Assembly: GCA_039545335.1 (NCBI GenBank)
Contig: BCIN01000003.1
Location: 1,375,941-1,439,940 of the forward strand
Source: Kondoa subrosea
Taxonomy: Eukaryota
Direction of reading: 5' to 3'
DNA length: 64,000 nucleotides
In this document: positions 11,005-22,347 of the stretch, one piece after another
Position numbering within the stretch: position 1 is the stretch's first letter
Layout of the letters: each line of letters opens with the position of its first letter
The notes under the pieces: model-generated
Seen by the model: only the letters and a program-made list of their open reading frames with translations
What the model was told of the DNA's origin: nothing
The model's database searches: none
Program-made: the position numbers and the translations under genes

Positions 11005-12795
11005 TCATGGCTGCTTAAGCGGCTGCATCATCCTTGTCCCCATAATCAGTCTCTTTCTCGACTGTGATACTGATCATCGAAACAGCGGGTCGAAAGACTT
11101 GCGGTGTTTTTCGAGCAGAGGGTTGACTTTGAGAATTAGAAGGAGCATCCGGGTGAAGCAGAAGGGCACCTTGCCTGTAAAGAATGTTACCGCGGATTGC
11201 GGCTCCTCACAGCGAGCGCACTCACGCTGCAGCAGTTGCTAAACCAAACAACCCGGTAAGCCAGCTATCCCTGACCACTGCACCCACTGAATCATTCATC
11301 ACTCCTATGTGCAGCATATAGGCGACCAGCGCTATAGAAAGGAAGACATATAGATTTGTCGCAATCACGCCAGCGATTATCTGCTGCCGTATCAGACGAA
11401 GTTCAACATATGTGAGTGAAAGACCTGCCCATTTATACATCGTCCAAGGTTCTCGCGCATCAACTCTGGACATTTCGTATCTGATAATGGGAGAAGTTGA
11501 TGCATTTATATCATTTTGGTGACGATGTCCATGTTCGACTTCAATCAAAGAAGCAACAAGCGCGTTGTTCTTCAAAGGTATCGGCTCGCTGATTTTGGGC
11601 TTGGAAAACGACTTGAGTTGCAAAACGAGTTTGACCAATTTAGTGACAAAGATGATGGAGAAAGGTAGGTAGAGTAGAATAATGACACATCCAATAGTGA
11701 TGCCCAGACATACGAGAGCAATAGTCCAACGCTCTATCTCCGGTATCAAGGCTTGTAGCTCTGTAGCCAGATGTACGAGAGCCGGTAGGTTGCTATCTTC
11801 AAATGTCCCGTTGACTGCCGACGACAGTATAGCCACAACTCTATCAGTAAGGATAGTGATCCTTTCGGACTTGACCGTGCAGATGCATCTACACACCCAG
11901 ATACTGTCAGTTTTGATATGTCAAACATATCAAACAAACACTTGCGATATAATGATCCACAAAATAGTGAATACGATCTGATTCGAAAACTGTCAGTTCG
12001 TTGTGCTATTGCGATTGAATAGAAAGTAATCACCCAATTTCCATATACAACTAAATTCATGAGCCAGGCAGCTGGAAGTAGTCTTCCCTTGCCACTCAGA
12101 TGTCCTTCGTATGTCATACAGACAGCAAATATCTATCTGACATTGAGTATGCACGTGGGCAGGATCAATTGGTGAACACTCACTTGGGCTGCCACAACAA
12201 GCCAGCCAAGCAGAACTGGGCATATGGTCAATAACATACAAGCTGTAGAAATCTCCTTACTGATTGGCGTGGTTCCCCATACTAACGAGGCAATAGTATC
12301 AATCCAGCTGTACCTCAATGAGTGCAAATGAACTCACAGCTAAGTGCAGCAAAGCCCCGCACAGGTAATTGATGATATATGAATGTTCTTAATTTGAGAC
12401 CCAAGCTGACCGACTTGATTGTATATGCAGCTGAAGCCGCGATGAGCCAAATCAATGTACCGTTGACCACAAAGTAGGTGCCTGCGAAAAAGTAATCTGA
12501 GTACTTCCAGCTTGCCTTGATCGAAGATGTACGTACTAGAATGTCGTTCTAGTCTCTGGACCAGCCAGAACCGTTGAGTGCCTTTGTAGCAGCGCTTGAG
12601 ATAGATTGCGAGAAATGCGAGATAGATCACAGATGTCAAGCCGTATACGCCGAGGAAGATCCATAATTGGATCTTCTGACTATGGCTGAGAGGTGGAAAG
12701 ATTCTGGTTCTAATGAGCTGCAGCTGCTCTTCTGCTACTGTTGGGGTGAGAAGCAGGCTTGCCCTTTCCTGCAAGTTTGCCATGGCGGTCCCCAT
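11005..12795 (-). CDS. Uncharacterised multi-pass membrane protein, multi-exon
   Basis: A continuous spliced frame can be built from ATG 12795 (or 12783) to TGA at 11005-11007, with about 7 hydrophobic segments. It needs one GC-AG intron (11889-11945). Confidence 0.65.
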
Positions 12796-13407
12796 CCCAT
12801 GCGAGGGAAGGCTGTATGTGGTATGATGTGGTAAGGGAGAATCTGTGGAAGCAAGAGACGCGGGAGGGCAGCAGCGAATAGATTAACACGAATAAGGCAA
12901 AACAACAAAGGGGCGGACATTTTGATCGACGAGGGACCTGGAATCCTCAAATAAGGCTTAAATTAGAGGTGACTTCAGCAGGTACGGAAAGCCTCTTATC
13001 AACCAATCAAACCACAAGTAGGCCGGATGCAGCAAACAGGGAGCAAGAATTGAGCCATACAATGATAAATTCGATATTTTCGTGCATATATGTCGAGGAT
13101 CTCAAAGCTCTGGCTCATTGTGGCATCCATTCGCGTCTGTGAAAGCATGGTCTGTCAGCTCGCAATCAGGTTACATAGATAGATGCTTGTACGAGTCAAA
13201 GAAGTGCGGTTTTCGTTTCACCGACTGCGGCTTGCCTCTCCGTCGGCCCAGCTGCACACACGCCCAGCTGTATATAGCCTCAGAGGCTGTCTAATCAGTA
13301 TCAAGAGGGCATATTTTGACCACCAGCACCGCTGTTACCCCGGCTGAGAAATCTCTTATCTGAGATTCTATGTATCTACCCCTCTTCTCTCTTTGCACTC
13401 TTCCTCT

Positions 13408-16352
13408 ATGACTGCCAGAACTCGTAACTTGAGCTCTCTTTACCGGACATTGCGCTTTGCTAGTACTTCAAGCGCTGTCGTGCCAGCTGCAAGCAGTTCT
13501 AAAGTCACTCAACATGCGGTTGTATCTACGTTCGACCTCTTCTCGTTCGTACACAGGCATACGTTCTGCCGCTTCATCTAATGCTTCCAAAACAGGATTG
13601 GCGTAGGTCCTTCATCGAGTCATACAGTTGGACCTTGGAGAGCAGCCAGTATCTTCGTCAATTCTCTTCGAGATGCAAATGTCTTGCGACACGTCAAGAC
13701 ACTCAAAGTAGCCTTGTACGGCAGTCTGGCTGCAACAGGCAAAGGTCAGATCTGACGGGCATGATAAGAGACTATTGTTTATATCGTGTTTCACCGAAGG
13801 TCATTTGTCACCTGAAGCTTTGATGAGTATGTTGCTCACTCGTGTTTTGCTGAGTAATTACTGGCTGATGCTTGGCTCTCTCAGTGGGATTTGAAGGAGA
13901 AGACTGTGAAACCATTGACACCGAGTAAGCCGCGAAACAATTTCAGCGACATGTGATCTTAAGGTAATGCGACAGCACTATAGTACCTCGATACAAGGCG
14001 ATAGTGGATCACAAACGACTTTTACTCGGGGGCGAACATCAGATTGACTTTTCGATGACTAGAGATTTTACTTTTTACTATGATCGAACTCTTGAAGTCC
14101 ATCCGAATGGCATGGCTTTCTCTTGCTATTCTGTAGATGGCGAATTGCTTGCAAGCAAGTAAGTCCGGCTCTTCCCATAAGTCAGTATTACGCTTATCGT
14201 CGCCAGCACCTACTTCTCAGTCGGTGGCGGCTTTGTTGTGAACGAGAAGACTGAATTTGCGGGCGAGAATGTGTGAATTTCTGTGGATGCCCTTGTCGTG
14301 TCAACTAACGCATCGGAATTAGCTATACTACAAACAAATCAAAGCCGCAGAAGCCGGATCTGCGCGCAAAGATCCTGCGCATACACAAGCGATTTCAGAT
14401 CCACAAAAGCTGCAGATCGAAGGTCAAGTAGACTCAAATGCGAAAATCAATATTTCGCCTCCTTCTAAAGATCCACCTTTCCTTTTCGATTCTGGTGACT
14501 CGCTTTTGGAGCTCACGCAGAAACATAACGTTAGTCTACCTTCGCTTGCGGAAATAAGAGGACTGAGCATTACGTCTAGATGACGATTGCGCAAATGTGA
14601 GCTCTCAGCGGTCTAGAGAACGGGACTGATTGATTTGGCATTTAGAGTGTACGAGAATGAACTTCATTACCTATCGGCCAGCGAAGTGCGATCGAAATGT
14701 ACGTTTCTTATACTCCTGAAGTTGGCCTGAGCAGATGTTGTTTCCCTAGTATTGGGTCTTTACGGAGTAATGGATGATGCTATTAGGAAAGGTGTCAGTT
14801 CAACGGAAGATATCCTACCTGGAGGATTGCGAGTGAAACGACGTGCAAAAGGTCTATATCAGCGGTGAGCCGCAATCTGGTAAAGCCTGGGGTTGAATTT
14901 AAGATTTGTCGTAGACTCACTCGAGGTTTCTATACGGCGAATGAAGAACCCAAACGCTTCCTACCTGCTGAAGCGAGCAACCCGGCATTATTATCAGGAA
15001 CGACGCAATACGATATTCTGACTCGCCAATCGAGCTCTGTGCCAGTTGTCGGTCTTCCAGATCACCCACTCAGACCAGTAGCACCTCGCAAAACTACCTT
15101 TCCTGCATTGGATCTTCTCTCTTGTTATGCAATAGCAGTAAATGAAGTCAACGCAGCTGGAGGTCGAATAGTTACAAGTGTGAGTCGATCCGCCTTTGAG
15201 CTTCGACTACTGTGTCTGACTCGTCTGTCAACTTTAAGCCGACCAACGGCGCCAGCGGGTGTGTTTGAGAGCCTTTTCAGTAGCAAGTTCGCTCATGTCT
15301 TTGCTTCTTGACTGCCATAGTGTTATTCCTGCCGTCTTGAAATACCTCATCGAGTTCATCAGTGAAGAACCCGAGCGAGATATCCAGACCTTCTTACTCA
15401 CTTCAGCTGCAATCGTAGGAGACACTCGTTATACCAATCTCCTTTCGCTTATGCTTTCAACCTCAAATTTAGGGAATGTTGTTCAAAAGAGGAGCTACAA
15501 TCTCAGCGGCAGAAGGTAAGACTGCCGCTTGCCCTTCTCAAGTGAGGCTGAACATCTATTAGGTGGATGTATGGCTGAAGGTGAAGCCTTTTCAATTCAC
15601 ACTGGGTTACATTTGATGGTGGTTATAGTTGGCGTAGCTTGCTCCATGGCCAGTGCTGGATTCGCGGCTTGTTTGGGAGCTTCTCCGGCCGTCATAGAAA
15701 ATGCAGCAGAGTAGGGTATTTCACTTTCTCTGGATCAAATGTTGATTCCTCCAAACAGGATTGGCATAGAACATAATTTGGGTAAGATATTTGCCTACAA
15801 CATAATGCACATTTTGATAGTCATACAGGATTAACATGCGACCCTCAAGAAGGATTAGTACAAGTTCCTTGTTAGTTGCCAATCCGAGGTTCGGCTCTCA
15901 TTTGGCTAACATGGAAGACTAGGTATCGAGCGCAACGCACTAGGAGCTGTGAAAGCTATTACGGCTGCTCAATTGGCGATTGCTTCAGGTACAACTCAGC
16001 TTCACTCCTTACTCCTTGGACACGGGAAACTGACGGAATTCCTGTAGGTGATTATGAAGCTCGAGTCTCGCTCGATCAGGCCATGTAAGCGAAAACTGTC
16101 GGTGACAATGGTCTGCTTACAGCTAGGTTTCAGATCTGCAATGAGACAAACAGCCTTCGACATGAAATCTGATTACAAGGTTCATTTTACCTCTTCGACT
16201 AATTGCCAATCACTGATGTATAGTATACTACAGGAAACGAGCAGAGCAGATAAGTTATCACTTTAAAGCGCTGCTGCCGCATCAAACTCATTGGCAGTCT
16301 ACGTCTCGCAGTTGCTGGAGTCAGAATTAGCTCAGCTGTTCCCGAATGCTAG
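13408..16352 (+). CDS. Iron-sulfur-dependent L-serine dehydratase (SdaA-type, fused beta+alpha), about 23 introns, mitochondrial-type presequence
   Basis: Spliced motifs [112 protein letters not shown] and YKETSRAGLA. All three cluster-ligating Cys are present; stop TAG at 16350-16352. Confidence 0.95.
16250..16302 (+). other. Putative U2-type AT-AC spliceosomal intron (53 nt)
   Basis: CAG|ATAAGT...ACTCAT...TCTAC|GT; removing it gives YKETSRAGLAV in frame to the stop codon. Confidence 0.8.
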
Positions 16353-16463
16353 AAGATTTGGTAGTGAACTCTGTGACTGTATCGTTGTCTCACCTCTATG
16401 CAGCAGCACAATCAGGAATTCCAATGTCTCTGCTTTTGTGCATGAACCGTGACATATTCGAGA

Positions 16464-18608
16464 ATGGCTCTGTTTAGAGCAATACCCTCTGAGCTCCAAT
16501 ACCTCAGCAGCAGATACCTGAGTGCTCGGCGTTATACTGGGGCTGCAGCAATCTCAAGCCAATCAAACTTGCCAACGACAAGCAGCAGATATTCAAGACT
16601 TCGAGAAAGGCTGCAAGAGCTGCTGGTATTCTATGAAACGCATTACCCTGGGCAGGAGCAATGGCTAAGACGCCTCAAGTGGGCTCTGAATGATTTGGGA
16701 GAGCGCAGGCCAAAAGTAACAGGTTAGTGACAACAATGCACAGTCCGGTTCAAGAGGAGCTGAAACGTAGCAGTACTTGGTGATGATCTTAGTGGATCTG
16801 ATATTCTGGTGTCTGCTTTGCTGGATGAACCTTTTTCAAGCGATTCCAGCAAGTCTCAAGTACTGAAACAGAGGCTGCAACGGCAGCAGCTGACACCGCT
16901 TCATATAAGGTACATTTGAGGATTACTAGCCAGAGAACTTCTGACTGAGTAACCGTAGCTATGGCACCACGAATATACTGCAAGAAAACCAAATGTCGAT
17001 CAATTCACCTTGGCTCCAAAAGGGCCAGTTCGACCTGCAAGAACTGCATATAAAACGGAAACCTGACACATTGGAAAGATTTATATCCATTTCCGAGGCC
17101 TTATTGGATGTGTGCTATACTAGTGACATTTTGGTCGTAGCGATATCGGATGTTCAGTCTCTGAAGAAGTATCACTACTTTCTCTCGCAGCTTGAAAAGA
17201 AACGCGACATATACTTCGTCTGTAATACAATCGCTCATGATGCCAATGCAGCTTTGGCGCATCTGCAATCCCAGCTAGAACAAACTTGGCCTCAGAAGCG
17301 TCAAGACATCCCTCTTCGACCTTTGATCCCCTACTCCAGTCGTAAGGCATCAGAAGCCTTGCAGAACCTTCAAGTGACCGCCAACCCAAATACACCTTCT
17401 TCTCCTGTAGATCCAATAAGCCAATTCTCTGCCCTCTTTTCTTCCAGCAATGTACCAGAAATAGCCGATACCATCACCAATGCAGTCAGCAATCTTCAAC
17501 TTCGCGGAGAACGTAGCTTTCAGCTAGAAACTTCTCTGCTTCTCGCTTTATGTTCAGCGGAAACAGCTTTATCCTCTACCGAATTTGCGCAAGAAGAAGT
17601 TCACACAGCACAAAACAAGACACAGCATGTTGAGCATCTACTACATGAGCAAAAGCAAGATATAGAAGAAGAATTAGGGTTCACTTCGGCTGGTGCTTTG
17701 ACATTACCTCCGACTCTGGAAAATGAAGGCAAGCAAACTTTACGGAATGTGCTAGATACGAAGTTAGCGTGGTGGAAACTACCCATTGGCGGAGCAGACG
17801 ATGTATTTGCGGATATGTCACAAGCTGCCAACTCTTTCTACCGATCAGCGGAATGCAAGGTCAGCTAATCTCGTTCAAATGGTCCGTCAAGTAGCTGATC
17901 TGTAAAGAAATAGCTTGCTTTTGAGAGCGGGAAATTAGTGGCAGCCAAAGCTGAATCAGACAGAATAGTTCAAGATCTGCTCGATGACGATTTAATCAAC
18001 ACCAAATCTTACCGCTCCTCAATAACAGATAATGAATTGGCACAGCTAGTCGAGCGATCTACACCAATCCAACCTTCTTCTTTACTTGAACCTATTTACC
18101 GTCGCCGGCAACTCTTCTCCTGCATCGGTGGTCCTATCGAATACCTACAATCTAAAGCTCAGACTCTGGTTTTACAAACATACACTGTGATAGCGAGCAC
18201 AACAGCCTTATCGTACGGCGCTTTCATAAGCAGTACAACGAGTTTACAAACTTCTTTGGCCTTCTCTGTTTTCGGTACTGTCTTCAGCGCTTGGCAATTG
18301 CAGAAAGGTTGGAGCAAAGCCCAGAGAAGATTCTTCCAGAATTACGATAGAATAGAAAAAGGTTTAGCCTATGATTTACAGGTGCATTTTCTATTGTATG
18401 ACTTCGACAACTGACTTGCTCATGAGAATCCTTCTAAATCCAGGCAACAGCGCGGAAAGTTCTGGCAGATCAAGTCTTTTTCAAATCTACTGCAACAACA
18501 CAAAACCTGAACATCCGACTGAAGGAGAAGGGGAAACAGGTTTCGTCCTTAGCGCAGGAGATTCGGGAATTGCATGCGAAGACGGTAAAGCTTTATGAAG
18601 GGAAATAA
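16464..18608 (+). CDS. Mmc1-like mitochondrial dynamin-superfamily pseudoenzyme (tentative)
   Basis: Arg/Ser-rich presequence-like N-terminus; degenerate P-loop VLGDDLSGSDILVSALLDEP; LAWWKLP..ADDV motif; C-terminal hydrophobic hairpin then helical tail. Four GT-AG introns; stop TAA at 18606-18608. Confidence 0.6.
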
Positions 18609-18775
18609 AATTGGCTATGAAGTAGCTACTGTAGCAGTTAGACGGCATGGCTGTACAAACTAAAAGAAGTTCAGAGCTGATCTGCATTTGAGAACAATCT
18701 GCTTGTCCCTTTGTTTGCCAGCCGCTTACAAGCCAGATTTTAGCTGATGATAGCGCATAGTCCAATGAGAAATCC

Positions 18776-19932
18776 TTAACGCTTGACCCAAGCTATCTCA
18801 CATGTCAGCGCCCGCCGCATTGCCCAGGTAAAAGGCACTCACTCTGCTTCTTTCTCGCTTTCGGTTGACCGGTCTTCTTCCTTTCCACCATCCTAGGATC
18901 TCTACTCAACATATCCTCTGCTCAGTCACATCAGCTCTGGGCTTCTTGCCAGTGGTGAGACAGAAAGGAATCACCATCTCTCAAAGCCTTTTTAGCCCCG
19001 GCAACATCCTCAAACGCCAACAAAGCTTTCGCTATCCCTAATCTAGCAGCTCCAGCTTGTCCCGATGTTCCACCACCTCTAGCCAAAATAAAAGCATTGT
19101 ATTTGCCCATAGTATTCGTTAAAGTGAATGGTCTCAAAACATCTTCTCTTGTTACAGGTGAAGCGAAATAATCAGCTAAAGATTGATTGTTGATCAAAAC
19201 TTGTCCTATTGCTTCATCATTTGTTGCATTATTAGTAGGAATCAACCAAACTTGAGCTGAAGATTCTTTTCTTCTTCCAACAGCGTAACTTCTACCTTTT
19301 GAATCCAATTTTTCTTTTTGAGGTTTGTTTTCAGAAGAAGATAAGAGTGAAGTGATTGTAGGTTTTCTGTAAGAAGTCAAAAGTTGGGAAATTTCTTCTG
19401 CTAGGTTACCTGTTGAGTAAGGTAAACCTAATTGATCTGCTATTGAAACATGTTTTTCTAAAGATCGAATTGAATTGAGTAAAAGAGTGAGTCGGCGATA
19501 TTGAGATAAAGAGAGTCTAGCTATAAGTTTGCCTTTTGCTAATCTTGCAGTCATCTCTTGATGATTCATCCATCTTAAAGCCTGTTGATTCTGTTGCGTA
19601 GGTACTGTTGTTGTTAATGACACTCCACTATTGCCAGTGAGATCTTGTAGTGCTTTGATAGGTGAAGCATCGTAAGAAGTGAGCAAACCACGGTCGAACA
19701 ACATTTTCCTAGTCTTGCTCAAGATTGCAGTCAACTCAGTTACTGCATCGTTGTATTCAGGTGAACCAGAAAAGTAAGAGCGAGAATCTGGCTTTTCTAC
19801 TTGTTCCAATGGAAATTCATGACTTGCATCTGAAGGAATGAAAGTAGTCGCTGTTCTTCTGCTTGGAGTTGCTGTTACAGAGCAAGTACATCTTGGCACT
19901 ATTGATCCGGCCCTCCGTAATAGCGAGTGCAT
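18776..19932 (-). CDS. MRPS9: Mitochondrial ribosomal protein uS9m
   Basis: GRRKESSAQV, GGGTSGQAGAARLGIAKAL and spliced C-terminus LSRDPRMVERKKTGQPKARKKQTWVKR*; presequence MHSLLRRAG at 19932. Confidence 0.95.
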
Positions 19933-19978
19933 ATCGGTAGACAGACAACTGTTTAGGATCAACCAGCATTGCAAATAA

Positions 19979-20813
19979 ATGTCTGAAGAGTTCCAGCAAG
20001 CGGCTGCTTGGGTAGCTTCAGCAAATCTAGACGTCTCTAACGATCTCAAACTAGAGGTGTGTGTTTTCCCTTGAAACCCGGTCACTGTACTTGAATGCTG
20101 GAAGTGTCGATAGTTATATGCACTCTACAAGATCACCACTACTGGTTCACTCAAACCTACTTCAACTCGTCCAGGCATGTTTGATTTCGCAAGGAAAGCG
20201 AAATACGATGCTTGGTCCAATAAGGGGAACGCAATGTCAGATTCAAGTGTTGCAGAAGATCTGTATATCATCAAAGTCAAATCCCTTGGTTGGTCAGAAG
20301 GTTTAGAACCTGCTGGACCTTCGATATCTAGCGGTTCTTCTGGGAAAGGTGCGGTGAATGTCTCAGTGATGACTTCTGAAGAGCAGGAAGAATCAAGGTG
20401 AGTCCGCGTTTATTCACTTAGTTGAAGTAGGTTGATACTGTTACAGAGGGTCGTTACATGATCTTGCGACAGATGGAGATATGCTTGGTTTACGCGCAAT
20501 ACCAAATCTGTCTTCGCGGATCAATGGGAAAGATGCTTATGTATGTCTTCACCTCTACTACCTTCCAAATGCTGAGACTGCGTAGGGATATACGCCTCTT
20601 CACTTAGCAGCCGATCGAGGGCATAGAGATGCCGTCGAGTTTCTTTTATCGAAAGGAGCTGATTCGTCAATCAAAGTGATTTCTGCTCATTATCTGCTGC
20701 CATCGACTACGCTAATATAGCTTTAGGACAATGATGATCAAACACCGCTCAATCTTGCAGAATTAATGGAACATACCGAAATCATCGCACTGCTCAAACA
20801 ATCAGCTATCTAA
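19979..20813 (+). CDS. Acyl-CoA-binding domain plus ankyrin-repeat protein (ACBD6-like)
   Basis: MSEEFQQAAAWV...KLE|LYALYK..T...RPGMFDFARKAKYDAW (ACB domain), followed by GYTPLHLAADRGH..AVEFLLSKGAD and DQTPL.LA (ankyrin); four GT-AG introns. Confidence 0.92.
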
Positions 20814-20979
20814 CCAGGAAGTACCACTACAAAGAACAATATCCTATTTCATCTCAATACCGAATCAAGTACATCATATCATTATTCACAAGAAACCAAA
20901 CCAAATGCATTACATTACCCAAATTGCCCTTCATTTCGTTCCTCCTGCTACTCTGCCTTTCAGTATCAAATTGCTACAA

Positions 20980-21464
20980 TCATTGATACCTCTGCTGCTG
21001 TTGCTGCATCATCATCATCTGTTGCTGTTGCTGAGCTCTTTGTTGTTCTATTTGAGCTCTTTGTTGAGCTTGAGCTTGTTGCTGAACAGCTTGTTGTTGA
21101 GCTTGAACAGCTTGTTGATAGACCTTCAATATTAGATCAGTTCTGTCTTTCCGGTTAGAGAGAGGAGAAAAGAAGAAACGTACACGCATATCTTGATCGT
21201 ATTGAGCTTTAGCTACTTGATACCTTCTTTGAGCTATCTCCGCTTCATAACGTTGTTGAGCTTGATAAGAAGCTTGTTGGACCTTGATTTGATATTCTCT
21301 CATCTGGTCCATAGGATGAAGAAATGTTCAGCTTTCTCACTTTTCTATGTCAAGAACGAATGCAAACTAACCTGATTAGCATAAGTCTGTTGAGCTTGCG
21401 TTACTTGTCTGACCCAAGCTTCTTGTGCTTGTTGCTGTTGGTACAAAGCTGGATTATAAGCCAT
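20980..21464 (-). CDS. Small Gln/Ala/Tyr-rich protein, 118 aa, 3 exons
   Basis: ATG at 21464; two phase-0 GT-AG introns join MAYNPALYQQQQ...YANQ | MREYQ...DQDMR | VYQQ...QRYQ*. Composition is uniform across all three exons. Confidence 0.75.
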
Positions 21465-22347
21465 TTGCCAATCTGTTCTGCTTCTGATTATGTTTCCTTA
21501 TGGTTTCCGCTTGCTTCTTGTTTAGTTCTGATGAAGCAATCGAGTGATTGTATATGAATGAGGAGAAAGCTTTCACTGCAAGCAGCTCCCAAAAGAGGTC
21601 AGCTGCCTGCGTGCTTGGCTGTCTGCCGTTTTTGGAGTTCTCCTTGGTCGTCTGATGCCCCAACACAGCTCCGAGAAGTGAAAAAGACGTCACTATTGAA
21701 TTCGACTTGGGCGATGCTTTTCGTTCCGAGCACTGCTTCGACAAGGCAATGAAAGAATGGATGTAGCTCAAGAGGAAGAGGCAGGAGAGGATTCAACTTT
21801 TTCTTCGTAGATGCAGAACAAAAAGAGAAGATAACGAAATTAATACAAGCCGCGCTTAGGCAGGCGGTAATGAAGAACGTGTGACTCAGCAATCGATCAA
21901 GTATGTATTTGAAAGGGAAAGTGTTTTTTCTGCCGCTTGTCACTCTGCAGCAGATGAAAAGGTTGTATACTTTCATAACAGAGGCATAGAAGGAAGAGAA
22001 CGAAGAGAATGGAAAGTGTTATCGCGTGTTGGAGAATATAGGCGCGTTGTAGGAACAGCCCCTATCTTGCAGTCCTCTGAAATGTAAAGGGCATTCCTTG
22101 TCTTGCACTAACTCACACACTCCTTTGACTGCAAGCGAGAGGCCCCCTCGCTCGTCTTCTAAAGAATTCGGGAATTTCTGCCTGTCTTTCGCAGACTGCC
22201 TTTTGGCTGATAACTATCTTTTCATTTTGGCCAACACCTCACACTCTTTACATGCTTCAAATCAAGTACTAATATACCCTATAATCCACTTGCAGCAATA
22301 CCACTTCGACCCGCATTTCTGCAAAGTCCAAGCGCACGTAAACAACT

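Noticed and set aside
13408..16352. Bacterial contamination or recent transfer as the source of the SdaA-type gene
   Set aside because: About 23 spliceosomal introns, a presequence and host-like composition show long residence in this genome.
19933..20085. Upstream extension of the MRPS9 ORF in the track
   Set aside because: Non-ATG start, and it overlaps the first exon of the ACB-ankyrin gene on the other strand.
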